Below the pieces are notes generated by a model, which ran no database searches, was not told the DNA's origin, and worked only from the letters and a program-made list of their open reading frames with translations. Source: a virus (Duplodnaviria > Caudoviricetes). Taken from it: DNA of 64,000 nt. The position numbers were made by a program, and so were the translations under genes. The stretch is taken from positions 64,001 through 128,000 of the IMG/VR virus record IMGVR_UViG_3300028591_000073; one strand, given 5' to 3'. Below are positions 59,796 to 64,000 of this stretch, in pieces. Within the stretch, counting starts at the first letter, position 1. Each line of letters opens with the position of its first letter.

Positions 59796-60107
59796 GTTAT
59801 ATCACCTCTATTCTATATTAAAAGATTTATGATTGGGTTTGATTGGTGTATATAGTACCTGTATATATGGATTTATTAATATCTTTATAATATTTTATAA
59901 TAAAAACTGTTACTACATATTGACGGGATGATAAGAGGAGAGTATATAATATTATACATAGTATATACAATGTATACTATGGGGAATGAATATGAATATA
60001 AGTAATATCAGTATATTGTATACATTTACTCCGCCAAGGAAATCCTTTATGTTATGATAATGAAATGAACCCGCCGAAAGGCGGGTATTCTATTATTCCT
60101 TCTCTCT

Positions 60108-60142
60108 ATCTATATATAATTAATATGATATAGAAATATATC
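60108..60142 (+). promoter_or_regulatory. Putative early phage-RNAP promoter
   Basis: ATCTATATATAATTAATATGATATAGAAATATATC. Confidence 0.7.
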
Positions 60143-60222
60143 AATATTATTATATCTGGCATATCATGTCATAGGAACCTATTTAGGTCGATATGTTCAG
60201 ATTCCAAAAAGGAGGAATACTT

Positions 60223-60921
60223 ATGACAACATATGAATTTAAAATGGAAAAATTATCAGAGGACATGGGTATCTGCACTCGATATATTGAAGACTGCTAT
60301 GGACCCATGTTCAAAGTCTGCACTCCTGGTGCAGACGAGAAACATCTATTTCTAGTCGGTGAAACAGATGTTGAAGTTAGCTATGATGCTAACAAACAGC
60401 CGACTATCATCATCGGTGGCAGTAAGGTATTCAAACCGGATGAATATCTCGATGATGAAAATGATGCCACATCATGGGTTCTCGAGACCCTCGGCTCTTC
60501 TGCTATAATGTTGCTTACAGGACATTCTCTGACCGAATCTGCGAAGGAATTTGCGTATGAAATCAGAGAGGAATTGAATTCATCCTTAATCAGTGCAAAA
60601 ACACTGGTTGAGAATTCTGCTGGTACTGATCATGACATGCATCAATTCTTCACCGTCATCAGAGATGAATTCCAGGACATGTCCTGGAACATTCAAGAGC
60701 TGGTACGAGACCTTGATGTGATGCTAATAGAAACACTTGTGGATGCCGGAATCCCAAGTGGAACTGTTGCAGATTCATTAAAGTCCACATATACATTTGA
60801 CGAGTTGTGCCAAATGGTACAAGAATTCAATGAAGCCGGCAAGTATGAATGTCAGCTCTTCGTAACGGAAATCCTGCGAACTATTCCGCAGAAAGAGCTT
60901 GATAAGAGATGGGAGCTGTAA
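60223..60921 (+). CDS. Hypothetical acidic protein (cassette gene)
   Basis: AAGGAGG RBS before MTTYE. Confidence 0.7.
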   Translation: MTTYEFKMEKLSEDMGICTRYIEDCYGPMFKVCTPGADEKHLFLVGETDVEVSYDANKQPTIIIGGSKVFKPDEYLDDENDATSWVLETLGSSAIMLLTGHSLTESAKEFAYEIREELNSSLISAKTLVENSAGTDHDMHQFFTVIRDEFQDMSWNIQELVRDLDVMLIETLVDAGIPSGTVADSLKSTYTFDELCQMVQEFNEAGKYECQLFVTEILRTIPQKELDKRWEL

Positions 60922-60984
60922 TATGCTCCTGTCTCTACCCCTTCGGGGGATCATCATATCATTCATTCACTTTTCTTTTTTTCA

Positions 60985-61017
60985 CATGTATATTATTAGA
61001 TTGACCGGAGGTCAATC
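60985..61017 (+). promoter_or_regulatory. 33-nt promoter/operator element (second copy)
   Basis: CATGTATATTATTAGATTGACCGGAGGTCAATC, identical to the minus strand of 30806-30838. Confidence 0.65.
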
Positions 61018-61088
61018 TGTTATTATATAATAATATAGAGGAATAGACCAAAGGAATACACAAATAATGAAAGTGAGGTTATGTAGTT

Positions 61089-62273
61089 ATGGATGAGAAT
61101 GAGTATATCTATACCTACGACAAAGATGAGTTGCGTGAGATACTGGAGAAGATATCCAAAGGGATTTCAGTCATTATGGATGATGCACTGAAAACAGATT
61201 TGGAAATGTATCAAATGGAACTCGAATCAGAAATCATGGACAACGAGGATGACATCGAAGAATTCAAACAAAACCATGCTGAGTTGATGAAACGAAAGCT
61301 GGAACAAAAGAAACGAGAAGCGACGAAGAAAGATGTGTTAGTCATTGAATTGTCTCCAAAAGAAAAGGAACAACTCAGGAAAGACATGGAAACAAGTATT
61401 GTTCGTCCCAATCCCAATTTATCTTATCACAAGACAGATGAAGAATTATATGGTGATGAGGAAAAGAAGGAAATCTTCCAGAAGTTGGATAGATTGCAGA
61501 AGTGTTATTATAACCAGCCGGATTATGTCAATGCGGTTAAGATTATCATGGAAGCAATCCAATATTCATTAAAACATGATTACCCATGGATGACATATGA
61601 GGAAGCGGTCAAAGAATTTAATAAAGGAAATATTAAGTTTGAATATTGTCAGCTTCCGAAATTATATCTGAACTGGACAACCATTATTGATGACCCAGCA
61701 ACATTGAAAGCCATCATCAATGGTACTGCGACTGTGATTACCAAGGATGATGAATCTAAGAAGAAAAAGAAGAAATTACCCGTGGAAGCACAGCGGTATG
61801 AGGTTGCCATCACAGGTGAGAATGAATGGAATCAGATGTATGCTGCACATCAACGTGGTATGGATACTCCGATATCTACCGTTATCAAGGTGGCAAATGG
61901 AACATTCTCTCGATTTGCATTACCTTCCAACAACTGGTTCCATCAAAATAAGATGGAAGAAAAGAGAGCTCCTGTCGAATTCGATTGGATGAAAGATGGT
62001 GCTGGTTCTGAATATTATGATATCATTCATGGTAAACAATATACGACTGGTGATTTATTGGATGATTTGAATGCAGCAAATGAAGGCAACCTGAATCACT
62101 CTTTACAGTCTGATATTGATGGATTCCTGAATGACTTGAAGTATTCGAGTAATCAGAATCAACAGCAACAGATGTTGTATCAGTCCAATATGGTGAAAAC
62201 CAAAGATGCTCGTGCGGTACAAATGGAACAAAGCATCTTGCAAGCAATGAAGAATGCCAATCCGAACAAATGA
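61089..62273 (+). CDS. Hypothetical protein, 394 aa
   Basis: GAAAGTGAGG RBS; charged and predicted helical. Confidence 0.75.
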   Translation: MDENEYIYTYDKDELREILEKISKGISVIMDDALKTDLEMYQMELESEIMDNEDDIEEFKQNHAELMKRKLEQKKREATKKDVLVIELSPKEKEQLRKDMETSIVRPNPNLSYHKTDEELYGDEEKKEIFQKLDRLQKCYYNQPDYVNAVKIIMEAIQYSLKHDYPWMTYEEAVKEFNKGNIKFEYCQLPKLYLNWTTIIDDPATLKAIINGTATVITKDDESKKKKKKLPVEAQRYEVAITGENEWNQMYAAHQRGMDTPISTVIKVANGTFSRFALPSNNWFHQNKMEEKRAPVEFDWMKDGAGSEYYDIIHGKQYTTGDLLDDLNAANEGNLNHSLQSDIDGFLNDLKYSSNQNQQQQMLYQSNMVKTKDARAVQMEQSILQAMKNANPNK

Positions 62274-62431
62274 ATAATTCGCAGATTTGGGCTTGCTCTG
62301 CGGATGCGGGTGATGGGACATTATACAATGTCCCTAGTTCATAAAGTTTACCTCCTCTAAAAATGCACAATTACACACCCCCAATTGGGGGTGTGGAACG
62401 TGTATATTTTTTGTATTTATTTTGATTTTCT

Positions 62432-62454
62432 ATCTATATATAATTAATATGATA
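62432..62454 (+). promoter_or_regulatory. Putative early phage-RNAP promoter
   Basis: ATCTATATATAATTAATATGATA. Confidence 0.7.
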
Positions 62455-62511
62455 AACAATAATCAATTCAATGATCGCAAGATCAAAATAATTTGAAAGG
62501 AGGAATTGATT

Positions 62512-62835
62512 ATGATGTTATCTATCAATTTTGGTGGAAGTTATGTGGACTTCCGTAATGCGGAATACTGGTCTCCTGAAAGAGAGATCAGTATGGCCTT
62601 CGTCGAAGCACTGAGCTACAGGGCACAGTACGAGCTCGACGAAGAGGACACGGCAACTGCAGTTGCCTTTGTCAAGGCATACATGCAGTCACATCCGTTT
62701 GCCGAGGAGCGTGAGCTCAACGGCAGTTGGTATATTCCATCGGATTACTGCGCTGAAATGGCGGAAGCCTATCAGCAGTCCGACGAGTATTACCACTACC
62801 CGATTATCAAGTTCCTTCGGGAACTGGCAGATTAA
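62512..62835 (+). CDS. Hypothetical protein (cassette gene)
   Basis: GAAAGGAGG RBS; visibly GC-richer than its neighbours. Confidence 0.7.
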   Translation: MMLSINFGGSYVDFRNAEYWSPEREISMAFVEALSYRAQYELDEEDTATAVAFVKAYMQSHPFAEERELNGSWYIPSDYCAEMAEAYQQSDEYYHYPIIKFLRELAD

Positions 62836-62841
62836 TGGGAG

Positions 62842-62877
62842 AAAACACACCCTTCCATTCGGGGTGTGTTTTTCTTG
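62842..62877 (+). terminator. Rho-independent terminator with TTCCATTC loop
   Basis: AAAACACACCC-TTCCATTCG-GGGTGTGTTTT. Confidence 0.75.
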
Positions 62878-63111
62878 TATATTTTTTTATTTATTTTTGT
62901 ATACTACCGACAATGTATTAGTCGAATGTGAAACGGACAGTCATATTCGATAACAGGGTTTCATATTCTTATTCATAACTTTGCATATTGACATTACATA
63001 GATGAGGCAAGGATCTGTGTGATGTACTTTGTGCATATTTTTTCTCCTTTCTTATTTTGTGATGCGGGGCCCATATGGGCCCCGAACGTATTTCTATTAT
63101 TTTGATCTTAT

Positions 63112-63134
63112 ATCTATATATAATTAATATGATA
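63112..63134 (+). promoter_or_regulatory. Putative early phage-RNAP promoter
   Basis: ATCTATATATAATTAATATGATA. Confidence 0.7.
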
Positions 63135-63180
63135 TTATCATATGAATCAATAAATAATAATTTGAAAGGAGGATATTCAT

Positions 63181-63642
63181 ATGAAATTTCAAAATAATCT
63201 CGATTCTCGCACAATTAAATTAGCGAAAGAACATGGCATTACTATTTATATCATCTCAAGGGATGATATAAACAAGCATCCAAAAACAAGAGAGCACGCA
63301 GGAGAAAAACTCACGGTAGCATGGTGTTACCGGCAAACAAGAGAAGTCTTTCTCGTGAAGGAAGATTTCATCGGGTTCACTCTTTTTGCTCTCGATCTCG
63401 TGTTACTGCACGAGATCGGACACATCATCTACAACACAAGCGATGAGTGTGTTGCAGATACGTTTGCTGTGAACGTTTTGGCGAAACGTCATGGCAACGA
63501 ACAGGCATTAAAAATATATAAAAATGCCCTTCTGTCATTGTATAAATACGATCCGAAAACGAGAATGTTTATGGCTGGTATTCCGGAAGGTGAATACAGC
63601 CATAGACAAAAGTGGTTGTTGAGAGCAGCGAAAGGACTGTGA
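63181..63642 (+). CDS. HExxH metallopeptidase-like protein (ImmA/IrrE-like)
   Basis: LVLLHEIGHI....ECVADTFA. Confidence 0.7.
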   Translation: MKFQNNLDSRTIKLAKEHGITIYIISRDDINKHPKTREHAGEKLTVAWCYRQTREVFLVKEDFIGFTLFALDLVLLHEIGHIIYNTSDECVADTFAVNVLAKRHGNEQALKIYKNALLSLYKYDPKTRMFMAGIPEGEYSHRQKWLLRAAKGL

Positions 63643-63653
63643 TCAATAACCAA

Positions 63654-63698
63654 AGAAAACGGCTCTCAGAGACTGGATATAGAGAGCCGTTTTTCTTG
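63654..63698 (+). terminator. Terminator between convergent genes
   Basis: AAAACGGCTCTC...GAGAGCCGTTTT followed by TCTTG. Confidence 0.65.
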
Positions 63699-63703
63699 CT
63701 CTG

Positions 63704-64000
63704 TTATTGTATTTTTTGTGGTATATAATTTTCCACAGTTGCATGAATCCAATATCCACGAACATCTTTGTCTAAGATCACTCTTGTTCCGACATGAATA
63801 AATGGAATGATTTGAATTGTATTGTTTACATCTGCAATAGAAGCTGTCTGACTCTTGGAAACATATAGTGTGAAGAACTTAGTATATGTCCCCGTTGTAT
63901 GAATCGTAAACTTGTCAAGGCTTTCGGTGATGTGAAGTAATACATACAATTGGTTTGTTGTCATACTTCCATCAAAATGTGTCATGGGGAATAATGGATT
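63704..64000 (-). CDS. Hypothetical protein (5'-truncated by the window edge)
   Basis: Frame is open to base 64000. Confidence 0.5.
   Translation of the reverse strand, partial: NPLFPMTHFDGSMTTNQLYVLLHITESLDKFTIHTTGTYTKFFTLYVSKSQTASIADVNNTIQIIPFIHVGTRVILDKDVRGYWIHATVENYIPQKIQ

Noticed and set aside
1-64000. Genome-wide TAG reassignment (code 15) as the explanation for the helicase stop
   Set aside because: All other long genes are intact under the standard code, coding density is already high, and TAG appears to end 38955..39230. A local event fits better.

Overview
AT-rich, gene-dense segment of a jumbo tailed phage of the phiKZ/AR9(PBS1)-like type. The host is probably a gut or rumen Firmicute (inferred from the GAAAGTGAGG/AAGGAG ribosome-binding sites and an M15+GH25+CW_7 endolysin). 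Layout: virion/tail genes (1-17 kb and 42.6-59.8 kb, mostly minus strand); a nucleotide-metabolism/replication block (DHH phosphoesterase, ThyX, SF2 helicase, GyrA/ParC-like topoisomerase subunit, N-terminal half of a split family-B DNA polymerase; 16.8-30.7 kb); and a plus-strand, presumably early, region of small hypothetical genes (31-42.5 kb). Several promoter-gene-terminator cassettes sit antisense to the late genes. Main observations: (1) the SF2 helicase Walker A motif is interrupted by an in-frame UAG plus 6 nt, located in the loop of a 9-bp hairpin, a candidate for translational bypass or readthrough; (2) two tandem copies of a covarying ~125-nt structured RNA flank a TnpB C-terminal relic, and one copy pairs with the ribosome-binding site of an HTH gene; (3) three classes of candidate phage promoter and a family of perfect GC-rich palindromes can be read from the sequence; (4) a likely virion-packaged protein kinase and four HExGH metallopeptidase-like genes. 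I saw no CRISPR array, tRNA or rRNA. All family assignments come from motif recognition by eye, not database searches.
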